Part shown: positions 1 through 14,381 of the stretch, in pieces
How positions within the stretch are numbered: the stretch's first letter is position 1
Layout of the letters: the number at the start of each line of letters is the position of its first letter
DNA from: Eledone cirrhosa
Lineage: Eukaryota
Assembly: GCA_964016885.1 (NCBI GenBank)
Contig: OZ024741.1
Location: 125,302,001 to 125,366,000 of the forward strand
Direction of reading: 5' to 3'
DNA length: 64,000 nt
Notes under the pieces: generated by a model
The model's database searches: none
Told to the model about the DNA's origin: nothing
The model's input: the letters and a program-made list of their open reading frames with translations, nothing else
Made by a program: the position numbers and the translations under genes

Positions 1-109
1 CCAACATAAGAGCAAGAATGAAGCGCTCATTCTACTGACATGGCTTTAAAAATGAGGCTTGTTTGCATAATTGCAAACGAATCGAATATTATTATTAATA
101 TTCGAAAAA

Positions 110-147
<38 letters not shown>

Positions 148-148
<1 letters not shown>

Positions 149-2290
149 CCTCCGGGGAGGAATTTACAGAGACGATACACTCCTTTTGGCCAAAAACTTA
201 AATAATCAAAATATGGAAAAATTACGAAAAAACATTAGAGTATTCTTCAACAAACTAGGCCTAGGTATCACCTTCGAACTTAACTCTAAAAAAGCAAATT
301 TCTTAGATGTAACACTCAACCTAAACACAGGATTAATAGAGCCCTTCTATAAGAATAACGAGAATCTAGCCTACATTAATTATAACTCAAACCACCCCCG
401 ATCCATAATTAACTCCATAGCACATAGTATATCCCTCAGAATATCCCACCTATCTTCGATCTAGAAATTTTTAACGAACACGCAAACTATTATAACATAG
501 CTTTACATAAGGTTGGACATAAGAAGCTGGAATACATACTAAATAGAGACAGCAACAACAAACCTAACGACAACAACACTACCCACTCATACAGAAGTAA
601 CAAACATAGAACTAAGCATAGAATTAGACAACGAGCACCAAAAATAACTGAACCGAACACTAATATAAGGACCAAAAAAAACTATAGAAGATCCAGAGAT
701 AGAAAATACCTATGGTTCAATCCAATATTCAATTCCTCTATAAAAACTAAGCTACCTTCTACATTCTTTAAACTAATAGACAACCACTTCCCTACACTAC
801 AGAAATACCATAGAATTTTTAATAGAAAAACTATAAAACTATCCTACTCTACTGCAGCCAGCATAGAATCACACATACGTAAAATCAACCACAAAAATAT
901 CTCTAAAGAAATTAACTTACCAACATACACCATAGCACCAAATACAAAACGACGCAAACACATAACACCATCCCAACCACAAATACATCAGAGCGCATCA
1001 CAACAAAACACTAATAGGCATAAATCACAACCCACCCACAACTTACAAAACTGCAACGGAGAACCTGCACACAGAAAAACCTCAAATTGTAATTGCCACC
1101 TACCGGATAAGTGCCCACTACAAAACAGATGCCTGGATTCGAGTATGGTGTACCTGTGTACTGTAAATTCAGGCAACTCTACTTGGTACTACATAGGTTC
1201 CACGGCTGAGAGTTCAAGAAAAGGTGGTACGTCCACAGATACTCCATGAAGAACCGTAGACTGGTGAACCGTAGACGACACGCTCGCCAATAAAATCTGG
1301 CTGCTTAAAAACAAAAACCTAGAATATAAGATTAGCTGGTCAAAATTATCGGTAGCAAGGCCCTACAGCAATGGAATGTCCCACTGTGGACTTTGTAATT
1401 TAGAACTACTCCATATTTTAAGGTACGATGGGATGCTACTTAACAGTAAAATAGAAAGATCAATTTTCTGTAGGCATAAAATAGCTACCAGATTCACTAA
1501 CTTCAAACCACGATGATTTGAACCAGCAATCCCAAAATTAGAACTGAACCACCTAGATTTTAGCATATAGAATACACACCATCACACTGCTATTAGCTGT
1601 CAAACGGCCAACTGGTCACTGGATCATAAATTTCTTAACATCTCTTTCACCCTCTTTCCCTGAAACAGCATCAACCCCATTAAGATAGAAAAATCAGCAA
1701 AACATTTACAACACACGTTTGTCAAACTTCCCTTCACAATCCACCCCTAGCCCTTAAATCTCATACTTGTATCCCCCAATTAATCTCTAATTTATTGCTT
1801 TTCTTTTTTCTTTTATCTGTCACTACATCAGAATCTCTACACGTATCTAGTTTTCCATGTTAGCACTAAACCCACCAAAGAATCCTTATAAGAACACTTA
1901 CTCACCACCACCACAAACATACTCTGTACTTACATGCTCTCACCTATCCTTATTTATTTCTTTATATTTTCCATTTTCTTATTTTCTTACTTTTTTAATG
2001 TATCCTATCTTATCTTTTACTTTTTACTTTTTACTTTTTACATCTGTAACTTCTCTACCTATTTACCATATATATTTTATTATTGATGTTATTGTTTTGA
2101 TTATACGCTATTCTTCTATATATGTCTTGCCTCGAGTGAATTATGTCTTATATCTACGTACTCTGATGTGTTGACCAGAGGTAAATAATGTATTGGAGAT
2201 AAAGTGACGCAACTTCAAGCGATTAGCAACCTCTAGACTCACCTAGAAACAATTGTCTGTACTTGAAATAAAGCCCCTTATTGTACATTC
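148..2290 (+). mobile_element. 5'-truncated, frameshifted Penelope-like retroelement (RT C-terminus, GIY-YIG endonuclease, 3' pseudo-LTR)
   Basis: RT catalytic motif IYRDD at 162-176 is in frame with ORF 186-464 (NFLDVTLNL…YINYNSNHP). After frameshifts come WFNP…IFNRKTIKLSYS, a CNC-x4-CPL-x3-C motif, VYLCTV…YYIGST (GIY-YIG-like) and CGLCNLE…CRHK, with a stop near 1516. The element ends in AATAAA and is flanked by (TA)n on both sides. Confidence 0.9.
2156..2262 (+). ncRNA. Degenerate hammerhead-ribozyme-like motif in the Penelope pseudo-LTR
   Basis: GTAC-T-CTGATG(T)G-TTGACCAG … GAAAC-AATT-GTC-TGTAC. A related copy at ~22050-22135 retains CTGATCAAC-GAAAC-AGTT-GTC-GGTAC. Confidence 0.55.
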
Positions 2291-2292
2291 TT

Positions 2293-2350
<58 letters not shown>

Positions 2351-4772
2351 CGTAATACCCGTTAAAATCGAAGGGCTGTATAGCAAAAAAAGTGTTTAAT
2401 CTAATTATTCTCTGATTACAGTATACTCTGAGTTTTCCTTAAGTGATCTTAAGTGACCTTCTTGCTCTTCAATCTTCTATCACCATACCCCCACCACTAC
2501 TAATATTAACTCTTATTCCACTATCTATCTACTAGTTACCATTATTAAATTATTAAAGTCCAGTAATAGAAGCTTTGAGATAGGTCAGCTTTTAAAAAGG
2601 TCAGATCAGTTTAGGCCAGGGTATCTTGATTGTTTCCTCCCCCTTGCTCCAAGGAAATCTTGATTTTTAATCAGAGGTCACTGTAACTGCCACTACTGCC
2701 ACCACCATCATCACCATCATCATCATCATCATTATCATTACTGCTAATGGTTCTTGATTTAGGCTCAAGACCAACAATTTGGGGGTAGGGAAAAGTCGAT
2801 TATATCGACCCCAAATACCAGTAACGCACTGGGGTCGACTTAAATGACTTCCGCCTACCCCAAAATTGATGGTCTTTATTTAGGCACGAGGCAAGCAATT
2901 TTGTGGTACGGGAAAATCGATTAAATCAACACCAAGGAGCAATTTTGCCTACCAAAATTGCTGGCCACTATTATTATTCCCAATATTCCTCCTTCTTCAT
3001 CTTTGTCTTCTTCGTAAATATAAGTGGTTGAGCGTTCCACAGACACGCGTACCCTTAATGTAATTCCAAGGCAAAATCTGCGTCATGCGATATGTGACAA
3101 AGCTGTAACTTTGAACTACAAGTACAATTAATCTGGCAGGCTTCTCCACACCATTTTCTATATCCAGGACCTGTTAACTCTCTCCGATTGACCCTCCCAC
3201 CAAATTTGGTGTAGATTGGAGATGTCTTCTTTTGTGAAAATGGGCATAGCTTTCATTATGTAAAATCTCCCCATTTTGCCTCATTTCTCCCCGTTTGGAG
3301 GGCACTTTTTTTTCAAGGTACGGGTTTTTAGAGGGTGGCAGGTCTGACATCCCCGATTTCACTCACGCTGCTTGGATTGAATCAAGGCTATTGTAAACAC
3401 ACTTGCCGAAAATGCCATGCAATGGAATTGAATCCGTTGCCTCATGACAGCGATGCAAACGTCTTAACGACTCAGTCATGCTTACGTCTATAATGTTAAT
3501 ACGTAAAGTTATTTTCTATAGCATTCAATAGTAACTAGTACAAACATTTTTTTTTAACATTCCTAAAAATAGCTGCTAATATTTTCGTTGTTTCTCTCTA
3601 GTGTGGGTGGTGTTAGCACGTCGTTTTCTACTGCTACTTGGTTAGTAACAGTAGTTAGGCATGTGTTAGAAGTAAGGCGGTGAATCGTTAGAACGTCAGA
3701 TAGAATGATTTGCAATATTCCACCAAGATCAACTTAGCCTTTCATTCATGCTTCCAGTATCGATAAATAAAGTACCATCACCGAATTCGATTCTTCTTTT
3801 ATTTCTCTCTAACTATTTTTTTTCTCACTGTAAGATATCAGTTGTGTTCTGACCTGGAGAGGAAGGGCTCCACCTGGTTTTAAATACTCAAGACGTGTCA
3901 GGGCGGCACCCCGCTCCAGTCACCCCATTAAGACTTGAGGACATTTTACGTATTACACCTAAGAACTAATTCAAACATATATTTAACCATATACCTAAAA
4001 ATAAAGGCGGTCAAGTTGTTACGGGTCTCTGCGTTATAGTTTCCAATCTCACCGAGATCCACTTGGCTTTTCCTTCTTTCGGAGTCGATAATTAAAGTAC
4101 CAGCCAGGGCCAGACTTTCGCCTGCTGTAGCCCGAAGCTATATGAAATCTGACGCCCTTCTCTAAACAAAAATCGGGTAAAAAAAATGTATATAACCTTA
4201 CATTATTATTTTTCATATTAATGTTTATGATAAAGAATAAACATATATATATATATATTATTGTTTCTACTTTGGGCACAAGGACAGCAATTACTCAGTG
4301 CATTACTGGTACTTTATTTTATCGACCCCGTAAGAATGAGAGGCAAAGTTAACTTCGGCGGGATTTAATGATAAAATATAATATATTTTGAAAAATGAGG
4401 CCCTCGAGGGTATGTGGACTTAAGCAATAGCTTATTTAGCTTATAGGTAAGTCCAGCACTGGCACCAGCCCAGTACCAGCCCAACTGTTACATCCTGGAT
4501 GTTTCACTGGACCAAAGGATGGAGAGTCATGAGGGTATCTATGACTACTCGCGGCAGCATGACACCTAAACTATCTTAGTAAAAGTATGCTACATGCTAC
4601 CAAGTCATATACGATTTCGAGTGGCGGCTGTAGCAGTTAAATGTAAAAATAACTGCTACGGTTTTGGTTATTTCATTCACATGCGTGTGTTGATAGTATG
4701 TGTTATACTACTTCTCGGGTGATATTATTATAGTTAGGTATGTTCCTGATCACGTTGGGGTGTGTGTGTTGC

Positions 4773-4910
4773 TACTACTGAGCGCTCTCATTCGAGGCGG
4801 TCTTTTGAATTCTAATATATTCTGTATCTTAGTTGTGTGTGTGTGTGTGCGTGTGTGCGTGTGTGTCTGTGTGTGTGTGTGTGTGCGGGTGTGTGTGTGT
4901 GTGTGTGCGG

Positions 4911-4970
<60 letters not shown>

Positions 4971-5056
4971 CGGTGTGTGTGTGTGCGTGTGTACTACTGA
5001 GCGCTCTCATTCGAGGTGGTCTTTTGAATTCTAATATATTCTGTATCTTAGTTGTG
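4773..5056. repeat. Direct duplication of a ~63-bp unique unit separated by (GT)n
   Basis: TACTACTGAGCGCTCTCATTCGAGGYGGTCTTTTGAATTCTAATATATTCTGTATCTTAGTTGTGTG occurs at ~4773 and ~4992. Confidence 0.85.
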
Positions 5057-5085
5057 TGCGTGTGGGGGGGGGTATGTGTGCGTGT

Positions 5086-5116
<31 letters not shown>

Positions 5117-5290
5117 CGTAGGGGGGGGTATGTGTGTGGGCGTATGTGTGTGTGTGTGTGCGTGCGTCATCATAGGAGGGCGTAAAAAGACATGCACCTA
5201 TGTATGTATAAATATATGCGTGTGTATGAATTTATTTAATAATAGTTTTGTATGAGTATTTGAATATATATATATACGCACGAATGTTGG

Positions 5291-5330
<40 letters not shown>

Positions 5331-5468
5331 AGCCATCGCATTTGTATGAATCCAAATTCTAGTATATGTCCGTGCCTTGTATGTGTGTGATTGCGTGGGC
5401 GTAGAAGCATATGTGTGTATATAAAAGTATATGTGTGTAAGTGTAAATTCATTTGATCAAATACATGC

Positions 5469-8400
5469 ATTTATGTGTGTGCCTGAATGCGTGTATTTAT
5501 GTGTGTGCCTGAATGCGTATATTTATGTGTGTGCCTGAATGCCGATATTTATGTGTGTGCCTGAATGCGTGTATTTATGTGTGTGTCTGAATGCGTATAT
5601 TTATGTGTGTGCCTGAATGCGTGTATTTATGTGTGTGCCTGAATGCGTATATTTATGTGTGTGCCTGAATGCGTGTATTTATGTGTGTGCCTGAATGCGT
5701 GTATTTATGTGTGTGCCTGAATGCGTGTATTTATGTGTGTGCCTGAATGCGTATATTTATGTGTGTGCCTGAATGCCTATATTTATGTGTGTGCCTGAAT
5801 GCGTGTATTTATGTGTGTGTCTGAATGCGTGTATTTATGTGTGTGCCTGAATGCGTGTATTTATGTGTGTGCCTGAATGCGTGTATTTATGTGTGTGCCT
5901 GAATGCGTATATTTATGTGTGTCTGAATGCCTGTATTTATGTGTGTGGTCTGATGCGTGTATTTATGTGTGCCTGAATGCGTGTATTTATGTGTGTGCCT
6001 GAATCCGTGTATTTATGTGTGTGCCTGAATGCGTGTATTTATGTGTGTGCCTGAATGCGTATATTTATGTGTGTGTCTGAATGCGTGTATTTATGTGTGT
6101 GGTCTGATGCGTGTATTTATGTGTGTGCCTGAATGCGTGTATTTATGTGTGTGCCTGAATGCGTGTATTTAAGTGTGTGCCTGAATGCGTGTATTTATGT
6201 GTCTGTCTGAATGCGTATATTTATGAGTGTGGTATGATGCGTGTATTTATGTGTGTGCCTGAATGCGTGTATTTATGTGTGTGCCTGAATGCGTATATTT
6301 ATGTGTGTGCCTGAATGCGTTTATTTATGTGTGTGCCTGAATGCGTGTATTTATGTGTGTGCCTGAATGCCTATATTTATGTGTGTGCCTGAATGCCTAT
6401 ATTTATGTGTGTGTCTGAATGCGTTTATTTATGTGTTTGTCTGAATCCGTGTATTTATGTGTGCGCCTGAATGCGTGTATTTATGTGTGTGCCTGAATGC
6501 GTATATTTATGTGTGTGCCTGAATGCGTTTATTTATGTGTGTGCCTGAATGCGTGTATTTATGTGTGTGCCTGAATGCGTATATTTATGTGTGTGCCTGA
6601 ATGCGTTTATTTATGTGTGTGCCTGAATGCGTTTATTTATGTGTGTGCCTGAATGCGTGTATTTATGTGTGTGCCTGAATGCCTGTATTTATGTGTGTGT
6701 CTGAATGCGTTTATTTATGTGTGTGCCTGAATGCGTATATTTATGTGTGTGCCTGAATGCGTATATTTATGTGTGTGCCTGAATGCGTATATTTATGTGT
6801 GTGCCTGAATGCGTTTATTTATGTGTGTGCCTGAATGCGTGTATTTATGTGTGTGCCTGAATGCGTTTATTTATGTGTTTGTCTGAATCCGTGTATTTAT
6901 GTGTGTGCCTGAATGCGTGTATTTATGTGTGTGCCTGAATACGTGTATTTATGTGTGTGCCTGAATACGTGTATTTATGTGTGTGCCTGAATGCGTGTAT
7001 TTATGTGTGTGCCTGAATGCGTTTATTTATGTGTGTGCCTGAATGCGTGTATTTATGTGTGTGCCTGAATGCGTTTATTTATGTGTTTGTCTGAATCCGT
7101 GTATTTATGTGTGTGCCTGAATGCGTGTATTTATGTGTGTGCCTGAATGCGTATATTTATGTGTGTGCCTGAATGCGTATATTTATGTGTGTGCCTGAAT
7201 GCGTGTATTTATGTGTGTGCCTGAATGCGTGTATTTATGTGTGTGCCTGAATGCGTGTATTTATGTGTGTGCCTGAATGCGTATATTTATGTGTGTGCCT
7301 GAATGCGTGTATTTATGTGTGTGCCTGAATGCGTATATTTATGTGTGTGCCTGAATGCGTGTATTTATGTGTGTGCCTGAATGCGTGTATTTATGTGTGT
7401 GCCTGAATGCGTTTATTTATGTGTGTGCCTGAATGCGTGTATTTATGTGTGTGCCTGAATGCGTATATTTATGTGTGTGCCTGAATGCGTGTATTTATGT
7501 GTGTGCCTGAATGCGTATATTTATGTGTGTGCCTGAATGCGTGTATTTATGTGTGTGCCTGAATGCGTATATTTATGTGTGTGTCTGAATGCGTATATTT
7601 ATGTGTGTGCCTGAATGCGTATATTTATGTGTGTGCCTGAATGCGTGTATTTATGTGTGTGCCTGAATGCGTATATTTATGTGTGTGCCTGAATGCGTGT
7701 ATTTATGTGTGTGCCTGAATGCGTGTATTTATGTGTGTGCCTGAATGCGTTTATTTATGTGTGTGCCTGAATGCGTGTATTTATGTGTGTGCCTGAATGC
7801 GTATATTTATGTGTGTGCCTGAATGCGTGTATTTATGTGTGTGCCTGAATGCGTATATTTATGTGTGTGCCTGAATGCGTGTATTTATGTGTGTGCCTGA
7901 ATGCGTATATTTATGTGTGTGTCTGAATGCGTATATTTATGTGTGTGCCTGAATGCGTATATTTATGTGTGTGCCTGAATGCGTATATTTATGTGTGTGC
8001 CTGAATGCGTATATTTATGTGTGTGTCTGAATGCGTTTATTTATGTGTGTGCCTGAATGCGTATATTTATGTGTGTGCCTGAATGCGTGTATTTATGTGT
8101 GTGCCTGAATGCGTGTATTTATGTGTGTGCCTAGATCCGTATATTTATGTGTGTGTCTGAATGCGTGTATTAATGTGTGTGCTTGAATACGTGTATTTAT
8201 ATGTGTGCCTGAATACGTATATTTATGTGTGTGCCTGAATGCGTGTATTCATGTGTGTGCCTGAATGCGTGTATTTATGTGTGTGCCTGAATGCGTGTAT
8301 TTATGTGTGTGCCTGAATGCGTGTATTTATGTGTGTGCCTGAATGCGTATATTTATGTGTGTGCCTGAATGCGTGTATTTATGTGTGTGCCTGAATGCGT

Positions 8401-9388
8401 GTATTCATGTGTGTGCCTGAATGCGTGTATTTATGTGTGTGCCTGAATGCGTGTATTTATGTGTGTGCCTGAATGCGTGTATTTATGTGTGTGCCTGAAT
8501 GCGTATATTTATGTGTGTGTCTGAATGCGTATATTTATGTGTGTGCCTGAATGCGTATATTTATGTGTGTGCCTGAATGCGTATATTTATGTGTGTGCCT
8601 GAATGCGTATATTTATGTGTGTGTCTGAATGCGTTTATTTATGTGTGTGCCTGAATGCGTATATTTATGTGTGTGCCTGAATGCGTGTATTTATGTGTGT
8701 GCCTGAATGCGTGTATTTATGTGTGTGCCTAGATCCGTATATTTATGTGTGTGTCTGAATGCGTGTATTAATGTGTGTGCTTGAATACGTGTATTTATAT
8801 GTGTGCCTGAATACGTATATTTATGTGTGTGCCTGAATGCGTGTATTCATGTGTGTGCCTGAATGCGTGTATTTATGTGTGTGCCTGAATGCGTGTATTT
8901 ATGTGTGTGCCTGAATGCGTGTATTTATGTGTGTGCCTGAATGCGTATATTTATGTGTGTGCCTGAATGCGTGTATTTATGTGTGTGCCTGAATGCGTAT
9001 ATTTATGTGTGTGTCTGAATGCGTGTATTTATGTGTGTGTCTGAATGCGTGTATTTATGTGTGTGGTCTGAATGCGTGTATTTATGTGTGTGCCTGAATG
9101 CGTATATTTATGTGTGTGCCTGAATGCGTGTATTTATGTGTGTGCCTGAATGCGTATATTTATGTGTGTGCCAGAATGCGTATATTTATGTGTGTGCCTG
9201 AATGCCTATATTTATGTGTGTGCCTGAATGCGTGTATTTATGTGTGTGCCAGAATGCGTATATTTATGTGTGTGCCTGAATGCCTATATTTATGTGTGTG
9301 CCTGAATGCCTATATTTATGTGTGTGCCTGAATGCCTATATTTATGTGTGTGCCTGAATGCCTATATTTATGTGTGTGCCTGAATGCG
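5469..9388. repeat. 26-bp minisatellite array, about 150 copies
   Basis: Unit ATTTATGTGTGTGCCTGAATGCGTRT with period 26 (5469 to 5495), continuous for about 3.9 kb. Confidence 0.97.
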
Positions 9389-9502
9389 TCTATAAGAATG
9401 GGTACTGATATATATATTTGTTTATGTATGTTTGAATAGATGTACATTCACGTTTGCAAGAGATTTAATGCGCACAGTAACCTGTTCTATTAATATGTTC
9501 AT

Positions 9503-9587
<85 letters not shown>

Positions 9588-10395
9588 GGCAGACATCTTT
9601 GTAATTATGTCTCTACAAATGTATGTGTAAATATGAGTTTGTGTAAATTCATTTTATATCTGTGTGTGAGTTTGAATGTATGTTTAATAGTAAGTGCGAA
9701 CGTATATTCGTTCGTCTATATATGCCAGCGTTCCTCTATATGTGCCATCGTGTTTGTGTAAGTGTGAAAACGTAGTTATGTAAAATATACATACTTTTTA
9801 TCATATACACACAATGTGATTGTGTGTGAATGTATATGTGTTTTATTGTGTGATTACACATAAATTCACATTTGTGTGAATGCGTTAGTATATATGTGTT
9901 GGAAGAATCTCCAGGGTATCGGATTATATACTTTGCCGTATTGTTCCAGATCTGAGTTCAAATCTCGCCAATGTAAATTTTACCTTTGATTCTTTCAGGG
10001 CCAATAAAATAAACTACCACCAGTCCAGAATCAATGGATTGCATGGATTGTTATTTGTAGAAATTAATTAAATAAATAGAAGTAAACACTAGTCTTTCAT
10101 AATTGAGAGAATAAGCGAACCCGGTATCCAACGATGTAAAATATTTAAGCAAAACCATACGTAAGTGTAAAGTAGCTAACACCATGGGGAGACCAAAGAT
10201 TACTATGTACAATATAACTTTTTAATAGGTTTAAAAGTTTGCTGTGTTAAAAGCGCCGCACGCCTTGGAAGCTCTAGCTGTGGGTCGGTGGTTATTGCTT
10301 GCTTTGGCTTCGCTGTGTTAAAAGCGCCGCTCGCCTCGCTAGAACTAGCGTTGTGTATCTGGCCATAGCTTCCATTGGGTATAGCAGTCACCATA

Positions 10396-10899
<504 letters not shown>

Positions 10900-11078
10900 T
10901 GGATGTATACTTCAACAGGCACTAAGTACTTGTAGAAATATGCAAGGTGTTTATAATATTTGTGGTTCGATGGTACTAATTTGAGATACCAGAACAATAT
11001 AAAAAGAGCGGAGCAAGCGGTTATCAAACAATTCTCTAAATAAATTAAAAAACGATTTAAATAATCACCTGTTCTATT

Positions 11079-11158
11079 GCTGTTACCGACCGTTTCACCA
11101 TTCCAAAAATTGGAAATCCAGAGAATTTCCAATGGAAAGAAATGGATCTTCAGACAGC
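11079..11158 (-). ncRNA. Type-I hammerhead ribozyme candidate with extended stem II
   Basis: Minus strand reads GCUGU-CUGAAGA-U-CCAUU…UUGGAAAU(loop)AUUUCCAA…AAUGG-U-GAAAC-GGUCG-GUA/ACAGC. Stem I is GCUGU:ACAGC and the core is intact. Confidence 0.65.
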
Positions 11159-11954
11159 TTATTTCCATACTATAAGGTTGCCAGTAAATATTTGGCTTAA
11201 AAAGAAGCTGTTTGCATAATTACAAACGAATCGAATATTATTATTAATATTCGAAAAACTCAGATTACATTTATATATATATATATATATATGCATATAT
11301 ACAAATAGATATATAAAGGGATGTAGATAGAGAGATGGAGAGGGGAGACATTTCCATTCATATTTAATGTTTGCCATGATCAACACTTTTTAATGTATGA
11401 TAAATAGATATTTCAGTTTATTCTTCACTCAAGTCCGCGCAGATAAGATATGTTTTACAACATATCAGTGTTGTTTACACTGTTGTAAATCTGGAAAAAA
11501 ATAATATCTCGTTTGTCTCTAAACTGTCTTCGTTGTTTCTACGGCATGTGAACTAAACTTAATTCAGCTGTTTTTGTTTTTGTTTATCTTTAAATACGAA
11601 CACTATTCAACCCTTTCTTTCTTTTCCAGTAACTGCTGAGGGTGTCATAGGGGCGCCGTAGTGGCATACGGCATTTCTAGGGCATTTTTAAAACCTGGTG
11701 GAACCCATCTTCTCTCTGGGTCTGAATACAGTAGATTTCTTCCCGAGAAGGAGAGAGAGTGAGAGAATGGAAGTTAAAAAAAGATATAGAGTAGAAATCG
11801 ACCGCAGTACTAGACTGATACCTTTTTAACCAACTCGAGTAGATAAAAGGCAAAGATGACCTCGGCGGGATCTAACGACTCTGCCAATTCGCCGTCTACA
11901 ATTCCATTAATAGCAAGGGAAAAGTAAAATTGAAAATTTCCTATTCTCGTGTAG

Positions 11955-12310
11955 ATTGTGAACAGTGTAGTCGCAGCATGTGACGAATGGCAAAGAAACA
12001 CGTTTTGCAATCATTTGGGCCCACGTCCGTTTTGATGACACAGCATCTTGGGCAATTGTCATTTACCATAGCCTTGGGTTGATCCATGTCTTGTGAGTGG
12101 AAATGGACCGACGGACTGTTTGGAAGCCTGTCGGGTGGACTGTACCTCTAATTCAATGAGCCAGACTTGTCACACATTGTGTCACGCTGAATCTTCCTGA
12201 GAATTGCATTAAGGGTACACATGTCTTTGGAAGGCTCGGTCCTTTACACATTAATATCATGAGCAGGCTTTTCCGTTGATAGAACAACTAGAATAGTCGT
12301 CGTCGAAACA
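11955..12310 (+). mobile_element. Diverged tRNA-derived CORE-type SINE (related copies ~22790-23150 +, ~57085-57290 +, ~58700-58830 +, ~29970-30095 -, ~58930-59020 -)
   Basis: Shared CORE-like block TTGGGCAA…CTATAGCCTTGGG…CCTTGTGAGTGGA…GACGGAAACTG…GAAGCCYGTCG. Confidence 0.6.
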
Positions 12311-12394
12311 AATGGAAGTCCATTCCATTGCAAAGACTGAGCATCTTTGAAAAGAAAATGAACAATTTTATCTGGGTATATATATATATATATA

Positions 12395-13143
12395 TTTCTT
12401 GACCACTTTTTCAGTTTTGTATGGCTTCTTAACATATTGTTTAGCTCTGGTTTTTAACTATTGAGCACTTTGCCAGTGTCATTTCTGATTTTTCCGTTTC
12501 GTTTCGCCTTTCCTACCCGCCGAAATGTGATTCTCGCTGAATCTATATTTGTATTAATCTCCCGTGTCTTACAATTAACTTATATTTTTTATTGACAGGT
12601 TAATTGTATAAGTTTATTTTAAAAACCACCCGGTTGAGAACTTATTCGATTTGTGCTATTTATGCAATTTTTTGCATGATATACACTTACTGAATTGTTT
12701 TGCCATAATCTGGGGTTATTTCCCCTTGTGATTTCCACACGTGGTTTAACTTGCCTCAGTGTCACTCACAAATTTGGTACGGAGCAAAATACCTGTTGAT
12801 AACGTGATATTCCTTGTTCGATCATTATACCTAAAGCTTATATTTTTAAGCAGACAGTACTTTGATTTAGGTGTCATAGAAATCCTGCATTGGATTTTAT
12901 CAGCAATTCCAAGGGGTCCAGGTCTGGTTTTATCATTTATTATGTTTTGACCTGTTTAGCTTGATTTGCTTTTTGGCTTATGTGGGTGATGCTTTCTTGA
13001 CCACTTTTTCAGTTTTGTATGGCTTCTTAACATATTGTTTAGCTCTGGTTTTTTAACTATTGAGCACTTTGCCAGTCTCATTTCTGATTTTTGCGTTTCC
13101 TTTCGCCTTTCCTACCCGCCGAAATGCGATTCTCGCTGAATCT
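12395..13143. mobile_element. ~750-bp element bounded by ~150-bp direct repeats within TA/TC microsatellite
   Basis: 12395-12544 and 12993-13143 are near-identical (TTTCTTGACCACTTTTTCAG…TTCTCGCTGAATCT). Confidence 0.7.
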
Positions 13144-13885
13144 CTCTCTTTATATATATATAGTACCTCTGTTGTGCAACGGATATGGTGCTGAAATTTT
13201 GAATTTTAATGCAGTGAACGTTGAATAATCCCGCCAGAGATGTAATTTACATTCAATTATCACTAAATTCTTATATTTACTGGATTATTTACTGCGTGAT
13301 TATTTACTGGAGCGTGACTACGTGCCTTCACTACGATACATAATCCCAATTATGTTACTAAAAATCACATTTAAGGTTCAAATACTAAAACAAATAAACC
13401 CCAGTCAAGTTAGTAACTCTACTATCAAATACCAGTTAGATTTTGATAGACACCATCTCTATTCTGTTATTACAAAACACTTTTAAGACGACGTATTAAT
13501 TATTTGAGAAATTGCATGCGACATTCAGCTATTCTTGGCAATAATACAATAAACATTTGTATTAAGCAAACAAATATTAATACATGTTGCTGATATAGGC
13601 CATGATTAATGATAAAGTCTCCAACAGATGTTAAAGACAGTTACACAGGAAATCCATTTGGAAGAAAGCTAGTACTTAAGAACTGAGAAGATTAGTATGG
13701 CATTGGTTCAGTGAATCTATTTGTACAATCACTTCCGTGTGAAGTTGGTCAAGACACTTAATTATATATACATTTTTCTGGCATACGAGAATACATGTAA
13801 CTATACATGAATGCATGATTGGGTGTGTGTGTATAAATGTGCACATGTATGCATATTTGTATGTATAAATGTATATGCATACAGG

Positions 13886-14173
<288 letters not shown>

Positions 14174-14381
14174 AAAACAAAGAAATAATTGTTTTACGAA
14201 GCGTTAAACAAATTTAAATTTTGAAATCATTCGCTTATAGTATGAAGGCTTCACTAAAAGATACTCACTAAAAATAGTCACACCACTAGAAACGAGAACG
14301 TGAGTAGAGTCGTCTGCGAGATTCAAACTCACATCTGTTGTATGTCAGACAGCTGCGTTATCATTACACTATGTATATGTA

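Noticed and set aside
2346-3370. Second Helentron-like element
   Set aside because: The start resembles 14985, but it is interrupted by SINE fragments and its ends could not be defined.
4700-5470. Cys/Val- and His/Thr-rich ORFs (also at 10.3, 13.8, 15.5, 45.5 kb)
   Set aside because: They are translations of (GT)n/(CA)n microsatellites.
5469-9388. CRISPR-like or telomeric array
   Set aside because: The units are contiguous with no unique spacers, there are no cas genes, and the repeat is not TTAGGG-type.
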